Below are positions 33,936 to 46,772 of a stretch of 64,000 bases of DNA, piece after piece. Numbering within the stretch: the first letter of the stretch is position 1; every line of letters starts with the position of its first letter. A program made the position numbers and the translations under genes. The notes beneath the pieces are model-generated. The model saw nothing but the letters and a program-made list of their open reading frames with translations. It made no database searches and had not been told where the DNA came from. Origin of the DNA: Cirrosporium novae-zelandiae (taxonomy: Eukaryota); the NCBI GenBank assembly GCA_026023565.1, contig JAPETS010000007.1, positions 806,001 to 870,000 of the forward strand. Direction: 5' to 3'.

Positions 33936-35055
33936 CTATGAGGTAGTCCACTTTGCCTTTTTCTCAGAAACACCCCAACCTTTGATCGGTGAGCCATCAA
34001 AAGTGCCTTGAGCAGTTGCGTACCCTTCAAACAATGCTTCAGCGGTGGTCGGATCGTTCTCATTCACCATCTCGCCAGCCAAAACCGGCAACGTGATATT
34101 CAACGAGATGTTCTTTAGAGGAATATCCACGCGATAGTCACCATAATAGGTAATATTAGTCAATTCCGAGACAAATGGATTGGTGGAATGTATATCTTCG
34201 TCAACTGGATAGATCTCATGATGTCCGTCCGAAAACATGATGGTAGCGAACAGCTGTTTCGGAGCGTGGTCAACGGACTTGCTGTCCCAAACACATATTT
34301 TAACGCCATTCTCCAGCAGCAAGATAAAGAGATTCCATCCGGCGGTTCCGAACCCAGGTCCGTATTGTCTGTCGTACCAGGACATTGATTGCTCGGGTAT
34401 CACGTCTACCTCTGTGCCGTTAATTTCCACGGTTCCAGTAACCCAGCATTCGGGGGCGCCCCATTCGGTTGTGGTGTTGATTCCCCAAAAGAAAAACCCG
34501 GCTCCCGCGTCATAAAGATTAGGGCCCTTGGGAACACTGGTCAGATTAAAGGAGGCTCCAGGAACGGAGCTAGTTGACACCATAGTCGACAAGAGATCGT
34601 TCGATGGAGAATACGTCTTGAACAGTCCCAAGTCGACATTGAAGTCTGTCGAGGGCTCCTTTGAGATTCCGCTGGTCGTGTTTGCGGTACCGTAATACGT
34701 TCCACTCGTAATATCGAGAAGGGATACACGATAGATGGTCGAAGGCTCAAGCGGAGAAAAATCATCAAATTGCACGTGGCCGACAGCAAAGTAAGAGTGA
34801 TTGTTACTGGCAGACAAAAAGTAGATGGTCCAGTAACTGTTGATGGGCTCTCCGGGGGTGAGTTGGGAACCGGTCAGATTCAAGGTGGGACCAGTTTGCT
34901 ATAGGCATGTAGGTGAGTCAACGGAAGAGAGAATTTACAAATTCTAGACATACCGTATAATTCGTTGCGAAGGGGCTCACGTCTGAGGCCGTCCTTTGGA
35001 AAGCCCCAACCAGCCCGACGCCTAGGAGGGCCACCAATGCAAAATGCTTGAACAT
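33936..35055 (-). CDS. Secreted kievitone-hydratase-like (AttH/CrtC lipocalin-fold) protein
   Basis: Signal peptide MFKHFALVALLGVGLVGA and an intron at about 34953-34900. Motifs SYWT, YRVSLLD, EWGAP, SWYDRQYG, FATI, GEM…FEGY and GWGVSE. Confidence 0.72.
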
Positions 35056-36376
35056 GTTTTTTTTGTTACTGAAGTATGCGAAGGTAACTAAAAATTCAAG
35101 TTGAGCACCAGATTGTACTGTACCTTTTTACCCATCAGCCATTGACAATCTCTTATATAGATCCACAGTTCATGTCATGTTCATTTCACATCACCAATAC
35201 CACCACCAGTATCACCACTACAACCTCCTCCCTCCATCCCATCCCATCCTTTCCGTTTCCTTCCTTTCCTTCGGCCAACGGAACCATCAAGCCATCAACT
35301 TCAATCCGAGGGGACTCAACTCCAAACTCTAAAATTCTTTCTTCCCTACACCCGCCCATCGGAAACGAGAATAAACCCTACCCGACGCGCAGCGCACAGT
35401 CTACGAAGTTCTTGATTCGCTGGGGGGTTCGGGGGAGGAAAGACCGTAGACCGGAGACCCCGAGTAAACAAACTTTGAAAATGTAACATGAGTATTATGT
35501 TAATAATTGGAGAAAGAGTTTTTTTTGTGGTATGTAGAGCCGTATATGTTGGACAGGGATCGGAACCGGAGCGATAGTAAAAATACTTGGTAGAGTTGCG
35601 ATCCGAGATGACGAGATGGGATGAGATGAGATGAGGGGGGGGGATCATTTATTTAACATTTTTTTTTTTCATTGTACTATAAAATAGAAGTGGGGGGGAA
35701 GTTATTAATTATTGATGCTAATTTTTTGTGGATATTGTTTCATGTGTTTATGTACGCATGCATGCATGGATAATTACATGAATATATACATCTACTAAAG
35801 GTAGCCACCGACATAACACCATTAAAATAAAATAAAATAAAAAAATGCTTGGTCTAATGGATTTCCCTTCCCCCCCCATATATATCAATATTCTATAGGT
35901 TTATAGGTTTATAGGCTTATAGGCCATAAGGGAAGGGGAACGAACTAACTTTTAATCCTAGGGAATAGGGAGCCAGCGGGTCGGGGGGTCGAGGGGGGGA
36001 TAGTAGAGATTCTCAACTTTTTGACTTGAATCTTTTTTTTCTTTTTCTTTTTCTTTTTCTTTTTTTGGACTAGATATCCATAGGTATCAATTCCATCATA
36101 GTTACCTACTGATATATATATGTATATATATACTTTGTGTGTTACGAGCAGCAGCAAATTTAAATAGTTAATTAAATAAGGGTTTGTTTACCTTGCCTAT
36201 TTTAACTAAGAGCGCGGGTAACAGTGTGTCCCTTTTTTTTTTCTTTTTTTTTTTTTGTTTGGTCTAAGGGTTAAAGGGTTAAGGTATGGTATTTAGTAAT
36301 CTACTGTAGCTGTGAACTTGAAGATATAGTTACTGGATGGTATTTGAGACCCCCTTCCCCCCCCTTTCCCCCCCAA

Positions 36377-37634
36377 TCACTCCCCAGCAGGTTTCTGTCC
36401 CCAAACCGCCCAAATAGGCACATAAGCATGCCCATACCCATACCCATGCCCCCCCCTCTCCGCTCCCTTCCCATCCTCCAAAATCGCCTCCCTAACCTTC
36501 CCAACATACTCCTCCACCCTCGCCTTACTCCACCCCAACTGTTCGGTAAAAAACGCCAACGCAAACCCCTCCAACCCATTCATCACATCCCTCCGAAACT
36601 TGTCATGCGCCAAATACATCTTCATGGTTTTGATTTCGACATTCACGAATCCCAGTCTTCGAAACCGCGCTGCCATTCCCTGGGCTGTTTGCATGTGGAC
36701 GCCGCGTTTTGCGGCCGCGGTGGTGATTAGGGAGAGGTATTCCGAGTGGAGGGCTGGGGTGGCGTGGGTTCCTGGGGTGCAGTCGCAGATGGTGGGGTAG
36801 GTGAATTCGTCCACTTCGAGCCAGCCGTTGGGGCGGAGGTGGTGGAGGGATTGTGTGCAGAGGTTGTCCCAGTCGCGCCAGCCGAGGGTTAGGGTTCGGC
36901 CGTGGATGAAGTCGAATTTGTGTGAGTAGGTCCAGGGGGCTTCGGCGTCGTCGATTTCGAAGGTGCAGTTTGGGGGGACCCAGGTTGGTTGGATGGGGCT
37001 GTGGGGGGGGCGGGGGAGGGGGGTTAGATTGGGTTGGTAGATAAGTAGTTGGGTAGATGGATGGTAGTTTATCGGGTCAAAGATTATATGGTGGAAAATG
37101 ATAGGAGCTGTGATTAGCCTGTTGCTTTTACATACCTCAGATCAACGCCAATCACCCTAGCTGAAGGATGGCGATCCGCAAAATCAATAGCCCAATTCCC
37201 CGTCCCCGTCGCAACATCCAAAACGTCCTGCACGTCATCCGGAACCGGCGCCGCCTGGAGCCGATCCCCCAACATCTCTATCCAAATCTCATGTTGCAGG
37301 TCTAGCCGATCCTGCTCGGCTTCGTCGTTGGGAAGATCATATCCTCAAAAATCACTCATATCCGTCAGCTTGTCCGGGAAATAAATCGAAATTGAAATCT
37401 TTTTTCACCACCATTTGCTTGGGGGTTTGGGATGAGGGGCTTTGATTATGTACTTCCGGCTTTGTATGAATGATATCTTCGTCCATGTTTGTATTGGTAG
37501 TTGACTGCTTCGCTGTTCAGTGTTGCTGTGGCTGATAGAGAACTTTCTGAGTCGTCTATAGACGAGTCGGTTTCGTCTTCTCTTGCTTGCGCAATAGGAT
37601 CTCCATTGATCGCGACGGGTTGTTGTAATGCCAT
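36377..37634 (-). CDS. LaeA-like (TAM domain) SAM-dependent methyltransferase
   Basis: Three exons: YQYKHGRRYH, YDLPNDEAEQDRLDLQH…VLDVATGTGIWAIDFAD…GVDL, and SPIQPTWVPPNCTFEIDDAE…FDFIHGR…LRPNGWLEV. Confidence 0.88.
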
Positions 37635-38217
37635 GACTAAAATAAATATAATGAAAATATATAGTTGGCTTTCGAGTGGCTCAGACTATATATATACTTT
37701 TAATTGGAGGTTGTGTAATCGTGTTCTTTCGTCTTCAAATTAAATTCTTCGATCATGAGAGCATTGATAACCATCATTTCTTTTTATCTCAACAATTCTA
37801 GTGAGAAGCTCAAGGCTCTTTTATTACTGCAGTACTGTGCATGGGATTAGTAACATCAAACGGAGAAATATCTCATTTAGTGCAAAATTAACAATGCCGT
37901 CCGATGCGGAAAAGTGACCTCAGATTTGAGAGGGTGGTTATACCCATAATTATGCTCACACACCATTCATTCAAACCGATTGAATTTCATGGTAGATCAT
38001 GGAGCTAATCAAATGTCCATATTTTACTGGTTCATCATCTAAAAAATCAAATAATCCGACGTTCATGCATCCACTCATACCAATGTTAAGCGATGAGGTT
38101 GATCGGAGATACATGCTCTGCTACTAAAGTCTTGGCTCTGCGGAACTGGTGCCGGCTAGAAACGAGACCACGTGGGTTTCTTCCCTAGTCAACCCATCTC
38201 CACTTTATACCCTCTAG

Positions 38218-40294
38218 CTAGTCATTCCACTTTACCTTGATCATATCGGCAGCTTTCTCCGCAATCGCATATAATGTGCTCGAGAGATGTCCACACACTT
38301 GAAAAGGTAGTACAGACGCATCCACCACTCGCACGTTGCTGGTTCCGTAAACAACGAGCTTGGAATCTACCACTCCCCCCAGCTCCTTTGCCATCATAGC
38401 TGCAGTTCCAAGAGGATGCGAATTGGGGCCATCTAAAGTCAGAAAATAAGTTTCGACTTTCGAAAATAATTAGAATCATGAGAAACTGACATGCTTCCTT
38501 GAACCATTCTCCCCAAGCTTGGTCACTGGCGTTGAAAGGGACAGTGGTGACACCGGGGGAAGTCTCGCTATTCACATAGTTGCTTAATGGTTTCGTGTAG
38601 AGAACTTTTCGGGTAAATCTCGCTACTGCTGCTTGCTGGATGATATCCCAATCCAACATGAAAAAGTTGGGATTAATTAAAGGCGAAGCACTGATGTTTT
38701 TTGATGATATATGTACGCCCCCCCTAGAAAACGGGAAAAGACTCCAAAATGTAGCTCCGATCGAGGTAGCACTTGGTACTGTGAGAATCTCTCCCATGGG
38801 GATACCGGACTTGAATATTAGGTCTGCCTGTTTTCTTAAAAGGGTTTCCTGTGCCGCTTGACTAGTTGAGTTGTTGGATTGCTCAGCTATGGTAGTGGCA
38901 AATGCGGGAATGCTCTGGTAAACGTATGCTTCCATGGCACTTGTCTTATTTCCAAATAGATCAAGGGCTGAAGTATAAGTGGCGTAGGATGGGTAGCCTT
39001 CAAAGGACGTGTTGGCGGAGGCATACATGTATACGTTTGACTGATCCTGAAGATTCTCTCCAACTCTTGGTAATGCGATTTGGACAGGGATGGAATACTT
39101 TTGGAGAATACTGTTGCAGTATATTAGCTTTTCTCGGACACAAAATTAATGTCTGTGGGAAAGGGAGGAATTAATTGTCTTTACGTAGATTCCATGTATG
39201 ACTAGACATTTGCTTTGAGAGCTGTGCATAGTTGGAGGCGAATGCAGTATAGAGACGTACGTTGGGTTTCCTACGCCAGAATTTTCCAAAAGCAACGGAG
39301 ACCTTAAGGAGCCAGCTGAGAGAATAATTTCACGACTGGCAAAGAGTGTGCTCTCCACACCATCCGCTGTAGTTATATTGACACCACTCGCTAACGACTT
39401 GTTGCCCTGAAAAGTAGCACTCCATGTCAATCTGTTGGCAAGAGTATTTGTAAAGACCTTCAGGTTTGGTCTTTTAGATATGGGCCAATAATAATCCCGC
39501 GCAGCATCTGCTCTGATGTCAGTGCTAGCATTAAGTGTAAAAGGCCACACAGTAAACCCAAGCATCTCGCCACCGTTAGCATCTGCCCTATACGGTATAC
39601 CCAAATTTTGCCATGTAGCATTGACGATTGCATGAGCATCTCCACCCATCATTGTGGAACTCCAGCCAACAGGTACAGGGCCTGTGGAGCCATGCATGCT
39701 TGAGTTGAATGCAGCACCATCCATTCGTTGCTTGCTATTCGGCCGTTGAAAATATTCGCTTTTTTTATAGTATGGCCACAGCTCAGCCCAATTCCATCCA
39801 GTATTTCCAAGTTCTTCCCATGCGTCAATTTCAACATTTTGGGCTCGTAAGTAGGTCATGCCTAGACGGTAAACTACTATTAGCTTCACATCACTCTCTA
39901 GCTCATTATTAGGCAGTGATATAAATATTGTACCATTAATTGTGCTGGTTCCGCCTAGCGCCTTGCCTGCATGATATATCTGGGTTTCATTGCCGGCATA
40001 TATTTGGAGAGTGCTGGAGTAGGCCCAGTCTATACTGGTGCCAAGGGAAAGGCCAAATGTGGTGGTGTTGGTGACATTGGGATTATTGAACACTGAGTCT
40101 CCAGCTTCAATCACAGCAACTGTTATGGCTGGGTTTTCAGAGAGTCGATTTGCTACGACTAAACCACTAGTTCCACCCCCGACAATGATATAATCATAAT
40201 GAGATTCGTTGTATGATAAACAGCTAACAATTTGGAAAAGTGCTTGAATTATGAACAGCACGAAAGGGTTGAGAATAACGAGATGGATAGCCAT
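38218..40294 (-). CDS. Secreted GMC oxidoreductase, glucose oxidase/glucose dehydrogenase-like
   Basis: [62 protein letters not shown]. The final exon has [10 protein letters not shown]…RVVDAS…[15 protein letters not shown] (His/His catalytic pair). Three introns. Confidence 0.9.
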
Positions 40295-40838
40295 CGGAAT
40301 GAAAATGAGAAGAGATGGGAGGATGCATGTTCGACGAAATGGATACTTTAACGGAAAAATAAGTCAGATGCATCTCGTTAAAGAGCTGCTTGTTCCTGGG
40401 GGCTCAATCCAGAGTGATAGATGCGGAAATGATTAACTACAAGTGTTTCCTCCGCATTTTAATTTCCATAGGGCTGACACAGCCGGGTCGGGTCCTACAG
40501 CTCCGACTTCCGGGCTGAACATGTTCCATCAGGCTTGGCATGGAATCTTTGCTTTATCGAGTGTTAACAAGTTATTGATTTTGCAATTCTTTAATAGCAG
40601 CAGGCCTTCTGCATTTCCTCAACTACCTAGGTAGTTTCCTACGACTTAACCAGGTCTTTCAGTCTACCGCTATGACCATCACAGCCTCTTCCTCATCAAG
40701 CATCTTCGAGAGCAGTCTAAATAGACAATCCATCTGAGAGTCTGTGCCATCAGAGTATAGGCTCTGCGAATCCTAAATAATGAATCAGTCCAATGTTATT
40801 TCCACCGATGGTATAAGAATGAACATGCTTACTATTCA

Positions 40839-41039
40839 CTAGCGCCTGGTAACTGGACTCCTCCACCAGTAGTGCCCAGTTACAGCTCTATGGATACCAG
40901 TCCCGAGAAAAGCGAGAGCAATAACTACCGAAAGGCTAATAGCAGTACTGACTCTCCAATCTTGTGAGTCATATATTGCGGTAGCGAATGTTGCAAAGAG
41001 GGCAAGGATCAGGAGGTAGTGGAAGAGTGCAGAATTCAT
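40839..41039 (-). CDS. Possible small membrane protein (signal peptide + one TM helix)
   Basis: 66-aa ATG ORF with an ACAATG context, two clear hydrophobic segments and a basic tail. No homology recognised. Confidence 0.35.
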   Translation of the reverse strand: MNSALFHYLLILALFATFATAIYDSQDWRVSTAISLSVVIALAFLGTGIHRAVTGHYWWRSPVTRR

Positions 41040-44000
41040 TGTTAGCTTTTAATACTTTCAAATGATACTGCTTGTTTGGGGAAGTTGCTTATGATGGTAA
41101 TTAAAAGCGAAGGTATCAATGTAGTTGAATTATAATAGGGCTCTCCAAGGAATGTAGAGATGATGGTCGATGGAATGAGGACGAGATGAGAAAAATAAAG
41201 GAAGAAGTATGGAACGAGGGGCAAATGCACTTCTAGAAGAGAAGGTACGGTGAAAATGTCAACGGTGTAATGAGAAAAGAAAGTCGAAAATAGAAAGGAC
41301 GGTCGATTCTAGGTCATTAGCATCTTACGGCATAGGCACAACATAGGAGAGGTACATACCAATATCAGAGAATAACCAATGTTGTCATACGAGTATTGCT
41401 TGGAACTTTGTGGAGATATGGACACATAGTACTTGAGATCAAATCATAGAAGATACCAATTGTGGTCTTCTCCTCAAGATGTTCATCCTATATTTGACAT
41501 ACTTTGTCGTCTCTCCTATTAGCTCCATGTCATTCCGTAGGGTAAGAACTCGCATTGTAATATTCAACATGCCCAATCGTCTCAAAGACCACCTTGGTTT
41601 AGCCATTATAATTGCTTTGTCTGGGCGACAACGTATCCACCAGCGAGCTGGTTCCAGACTTTGAGTGCGAATGAGATGGGCAATTCTCATTTCTTCAAAC
41701 ACCAATATATATATTCATTCTCTCAGGCTATAGGTAGTTTTTTCCGACCAGGGGATATTCTATTTCGCACAAGGCGATCCGGGGAGTCAAACCAAATAAA
41801 GGGGTGAAATCCTAGGGGTCAGTAATGACTGTCATTGGATGCTACGCCCTACGAGGCTGTGAACTAACGTTTTCACGTTACTATAAGTCTCCCACGATTA
41901 GGCCAGCCATGACTTGCAGAAGCTTCTATCTGTTATAGCTTTAATGGAGTAACGTGGTCTGGCCGCTTCCGACTACCTAAATCTTTGCTCCAAATATTTT
42001 AGAATTTTCAAGTTGACCTGTGCTGAGTTTTGTTTGACCGGTGTTGAACCACCAAAGCTTCGCTATTGTCAAATTTAACGAGGCCTACGAAAATAAGTAT
42101 TAACATATCTTAAAAGATAGCTTGTACTAAGGGCTCTTCCCACCTTGGTTGACTTTCTCATCCAAGGATCCACCAACTCTCAACGCTTTTCAACGCTTTC
42201 AAACTGGATGGTATCCTGTCCCATGTTAAGCGCTATCATATCCATCCGTTGAATGAGGTAGTAATGATTTGATTAACTGAAATCTGACATCTGTAAACGG
42301 ATAGGTACCCCCAAGAACTGGCCTTGGCTTCATTACTAAAGTAGGAATTGATAATTACTAGATATGGCGAAAAGGTGTCAACCTGTTGTCCTATCAGTCG
42401 AGCACGATATTCAGTACAAGCTCCTGAGTGTTGGTGCTCCTGCGGTTGAGGTTCGATGGCTAGTGATTCAAGGTCAAAATTGGTTTGAAGGATTGAAGGG
42501 AATCAATAGTGTTAAGATAGTGCTAAAGGGACGGGCACTCCGGAGAAATTGTTGTGTTGAAGCAGAAAAAGAATATAGCCACTAGTGCTATAAAGGGACT
42601 AGGGTTCGTCACAGTACGTGAACGATACGGTAATATTACTAGTTTTTCGGGCTATCGGTTCATCAGTTCCTCGGCCCCACCGGATCTCTGACCGAGTTCC
42701 TGCATTAGCAGATCTTGGCATCTGTATTGCTTAACTTGTCGTTAACTAAACTCTTAAACGTCCTGGTCATGAATCCTTCTTTATTGCAGGTAAGCCCTGC
42801 AGTCTCTGGCTCTTAGTATTGCTACTGTCACTTCTCCCCGCCCGACATCGGTTTTTGAGCCTCAAATTTGCGACAATACTATATATTCCTTCTCACATTT
42901 ACACCATGCCTATTGTTTGGTGTTTGGATCAGGCAATTTGAAAATTTGCTATCATGTAACATCAATGTCCATTGTCTTTTGCAAGGTTCGAGATCCAACG
43001 GTTGAACTAGGTATCATCTTGATCGATACCAGGACATTATTATTCCATGATGGTCATATCCCCCCAACAAACCCACATCAAATCCACATCCTTTGGTGAG
43101 ATTCCTGAACTGTGATTAGTTCAAATATATGCGATATGCGCAAAATAAAATCCAAGCATATAGGCTAAGTCTTTAATCCTCATTCCATTAACTCTGATCA
43201 GTGCGTGCCATTGTTGGTGGTACCATATGTATTGTGGCTCGATTTATTGTTGAATATAATATCTCATCCTAAATGTTGGCTTTTACTATAAGGCAACTTT
43301 AAACTTTCCGTATTCCAGATGGCAAAATATTTACATCATTAGGTTCTTGGGCATATAGGTTAGCCCTGTGGGAACCACCTAATTCAAGCTTCCCTGGAGG
43401 AAATTCACTTTTTGTCAAAACATTTCTTCTCTCAAGCATCATTCAACCCGCTACCCGTCAAGCCGCTTCTAACTATTTAGCGATGCCATGCCTATACTAG
43501 GATTACCTGAATGGGACCACCATCAGGGTTCTGTTACAAGGCTAGATAGCCGATAGCATTTCTTACCTAAATTATCCGCTACCTTTAGCAGATCTGCTTT
43601 GCGCGGTCCCTATCATGGCCATCCTTACAATCACGACTTCAGATTAACATGATCGTGAATTATACCCTCTTGGATAGTACCAGGTGACGCGGGAGAGGCT
43701 CAATGTTCATCTTAGCGGGCGTAGAAACCCATCGTCTTCCTAATCTAGCAAACTTGCAACCCTATGTTGTTCCAGCTTTACCCAACTCCTCTGTTTCAAG
43801 GCCTCCCTCGTTCCAGCCGTTTGCTTTTCAAGTTGTATAACGCCTGCAGAACCCTATCTACCAAGGGGGAAAAATAGATTATCCTCATTTCGTCTTGTCA
43901 GAGAAAGCTCCTTGTACGGAGGGCAACGCGTGAGCTGCTACGATCTAAAGCCCGAAGCCTGTGTATCGTGGCACTATTATGTTTGAAGAACCCGGTTTTA

Positions 44001-44311
44001 TCGTACGGCTTCTTGTCTTCTCCTAAGACAGCTACTTGTTCAAGATTGTTTTTTTCCCACTACAGACAGCGAATGTAACCTGGATATTAAGCCAAGAGAA
44101 CATGTAGTAAAACGTGTCCAGGAGTGGAAAAGACTATCTAACATGGAAAAAAAAAGAAACTATCACGTAGCAGGCCCAGCTGAGCAAGCCATCTCCGAAG
44201 ATATCCAACTATATAAAGGTACCAAAAACTATCCCTCCACAATCCCTCCCCAGAAGCAAACAACCTCCTGAAACATCATTCAAATCCCCACCTCCTCAAG
44301 CTCATCCCACG

Positions 44312-45172
44312 ATGCGCGCCTTCACCACCACCACCCTAGCCCTAGGCCTCAGCCTGGCAGCCACAACTTCCGCGCAATCCTCCTCAATCCTAATCCCCAC
44401 GGCCTCAACAGCCATAAACTGGTCCCTCCGCAACGCGCCCCTCCGAACGGCCGTGAGCGGCGCCCTTGAACAAACCTCGATAATCACCACAGCGGCCCCT
44501 ACATCCACAAGCGCAGCAGCAAACCACCTCCACGGCATCGAAGCCGCGGGCTCCTCCCTCACTGTAACAATCTCAAACCTCTGGTCCGTGCCCCTCTACA
44601 TCGTAGGCGCGTCCAACGTCGGTGTCCCCGCCCCCACCATCACCCCCAGCGGGACACTCGCCGCCTCTGCAACAACCATGTACCGCTTTCCAACCGGCTG
44701 GGCCGGAAACATGGCCCTCGGCAAAACCTCAAACGCAAAAAACAGCCTCATAGAAATCAGCTTCGTCAACGCCGTCGACATCGACATCTCGTACGTAAAC
44801 GGCTATTCCGTCGCCATAACCTGTTCCTGCGTCGCCTCTTCCACCGTCATCGCGGGCTGCAGCAAAGCCCTCTTCGCCCTAAACGATTGTCCATCCAGCC
44901 AACTGGAATCTGGACCTTTGTGCTTGAATGGGGCCCCCGATGCGGGTCCCGCGGAGACCTTTTTTGCCCCATGTGAGGGATTAGCGTATACATATCCGTA
45001 TGATAATACGGCGAATTATGGGAATGGGAAGTGTGCGAGTAATAACATTCAGTGCTGTGTAGGGAGGGAGTGTCCAGCTAGTTCGGCGGAGAGTAAGAAG
45101 AGGGATTTGGGGAGGGTGGAGAGGAGGAAGGAGAGGTATGGGGGGAGGGAGATTGAGATGGTGGAGAAATAG
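44312..45172 (+). CDS. Secreted thaumatin-like protein
   Basis: Signal peptide, GWAGN, DISYVNGYSVAITC, FFAPCEGLAYTYPYD and a Cys-rich C-terminus. TATA box at about 44211. Confidence 0.82.
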   Translation: MRAFTTTTLALGLSLAATTSAQSSSILIPTASTAINWSLRNAPLRTAVSGALEQTSIITTAAPTSTSAAANHLHGIEAAGSSLTVTISNLWSVPLYIVGASNVGVPAPTITPSGTLAASATTMYRFPTGWAGNMALGKTSNAKNSLIEISFVNAVDIDISYVNGYSVAITCSCVASSTVIAGCSKALFALNDCPSSQLESGPLCLNGAPDAGPAETFFAPCEGLAYTYPYDNTANYGNGKCASNNIQCCVGRECPASSAESKKRDLGRVERRKERYGGREIEMVEK

Positions 45173-45633
45173 ATGCGTGTGGGCTGATGGGAGGGATGTG
45201 CGCGAGCGAGTGAGAGGATATGTGACCCTTGCTATCTTTTTCTTCTTCTCTCCCTTCAACGAAACCCCCAAGGTCAAGAATTCCATATCATATATCCTAC
45301 CTCCTTCTCTCTCTCTCAACTCCCAGGTCTGAATCGATCTTCAAACCCCCAGTTTTGTTTTTTTTTTGTAAATATTTGAACTTTGAACTCGAACTCTCAT
45401 TGCATGTACATATATATATATGCGCAAGTAAACGAATCGAGCAAATAAGTGAATACATACCATTTCACCTCCAACAGGAGCACAAAAAAGGGCAAAGAAA
45501 GATAGTATAATCCATTATTTCCTTATTCCCCCTTATTTTTTTTTCCCCCTTCTCTCAACCCCCTCCAAAAAAACCTTCAGAATTCCATAATTATCCTATC
45601 TCCTACTCCTTCTCTTACACCTTTTTTTTTCAG

Positions 45634-45664
<31 letters not shown>

Positions 45665-46772
45665 TTACAGTTCCCCAGAACCAACAAAAGCCAAATGCGA
45701 GTTTTTAAACTCCCCAGGTTTTTTTAGGTTCTTTTTTTTTTGTAAATATTTTGAATTTTTTTTTTAAACTTTGAAACTAGTTCCTCCATATATTTATGTA
45801 TTGTATTGTATTGTATTGTATATATTTATGTGTGTGAGAGAGGGAGGGATAGGGGAGGAGGGGGTGTTTATGGAATAGGATCGGTATCCCTAGGTTATAT
45901 TTATGTTTTGAATCTGGTACTTGGATTTGAATTACTAAAAAAAAAAAAAGATATATAAGATATGAGGTATACTTCCTGTAGACGATATGATAGCATATAC
46001 AGATAATAAAACAAAATAAAATAAATCATTATCATCATTATTATTATGTAGAGTACTTAGGAATACTTAGGTAGCTAGGGGATATGAGAATACGGTATAG
46101 TCTATTACTCTATAAGCTAGCTTTAATCAGACATTCTTTTTATTTATTTATTGACTTGGTTTAGAGATTGTCGTAACTAGCAAACCAAAAAAAAAATATA
46201 TATATATATATATATAGTAAGATTGGTTTTGGTTTTGGTTAACCAGGGCTGTCCATGACAGTGGGAGGAGGAGGAAGAGTCCGTTAAGTCAATACTTGGA
46301 TACTAAGTATTCCTCAACTTAACACAAACCTAACAACAACACAACAGGAGATAAACCCCACCGGAACCCCCCCCTTGGACCGGATGTTAGTTTTTACATT
46401 TTCTTCAGAAGCAATCTTAGGTAAGCTAATAGTAAAGTGAGTGATCATTGGTTATTGGCATATGAGAAAGTCAACCTAGGCAAGTCAAACCAAGTCAAGT
46501 CGAACCAAGTCATCATTTATTGATGTTGTCAAGAAGAATGTTATCCTGATACCCAAAGCACTTTGCACTTTTTCCCCCATTTCCATGCTTATTTTGTTTG
46601 GTATAGTACAAAACAAAACCATGATGATATGCGTGCATGCAATATATACATAATATCCACTTTTTTTTGCCAAATCTCCCCACACTTCCACTACCGTCAT
46701 CTCTTCCATCCCACACACTTCCAAACCTCCCAATCATTTTCTCTCCCCCATCATCCATCCACCTCATCCCAT

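Noticed and set aside
36266..36290. Telomere-like AAGGGTT repeats
   Set aside because: Only 2-3 degenerate units in an AT-rich spacer, not a TTAGGG array.
29737..40294. Secondary-metabolite biosynthetic cluster (hydrolase, TF, lipocalin-fold enzyme, methyltransferase, GMC oxidase)
   Set aside because: No PKS, NRPS, terpene synthase or prenyltransferase backbone gene anywhere in the window.
41250..44100. Gene-free ~3 kb stretch as a possible transposon or gene relic
   Set aside because: No transposase or RT motifs, terminal repeats or convincing protein similarity could be recognised; a translated search would be needed.
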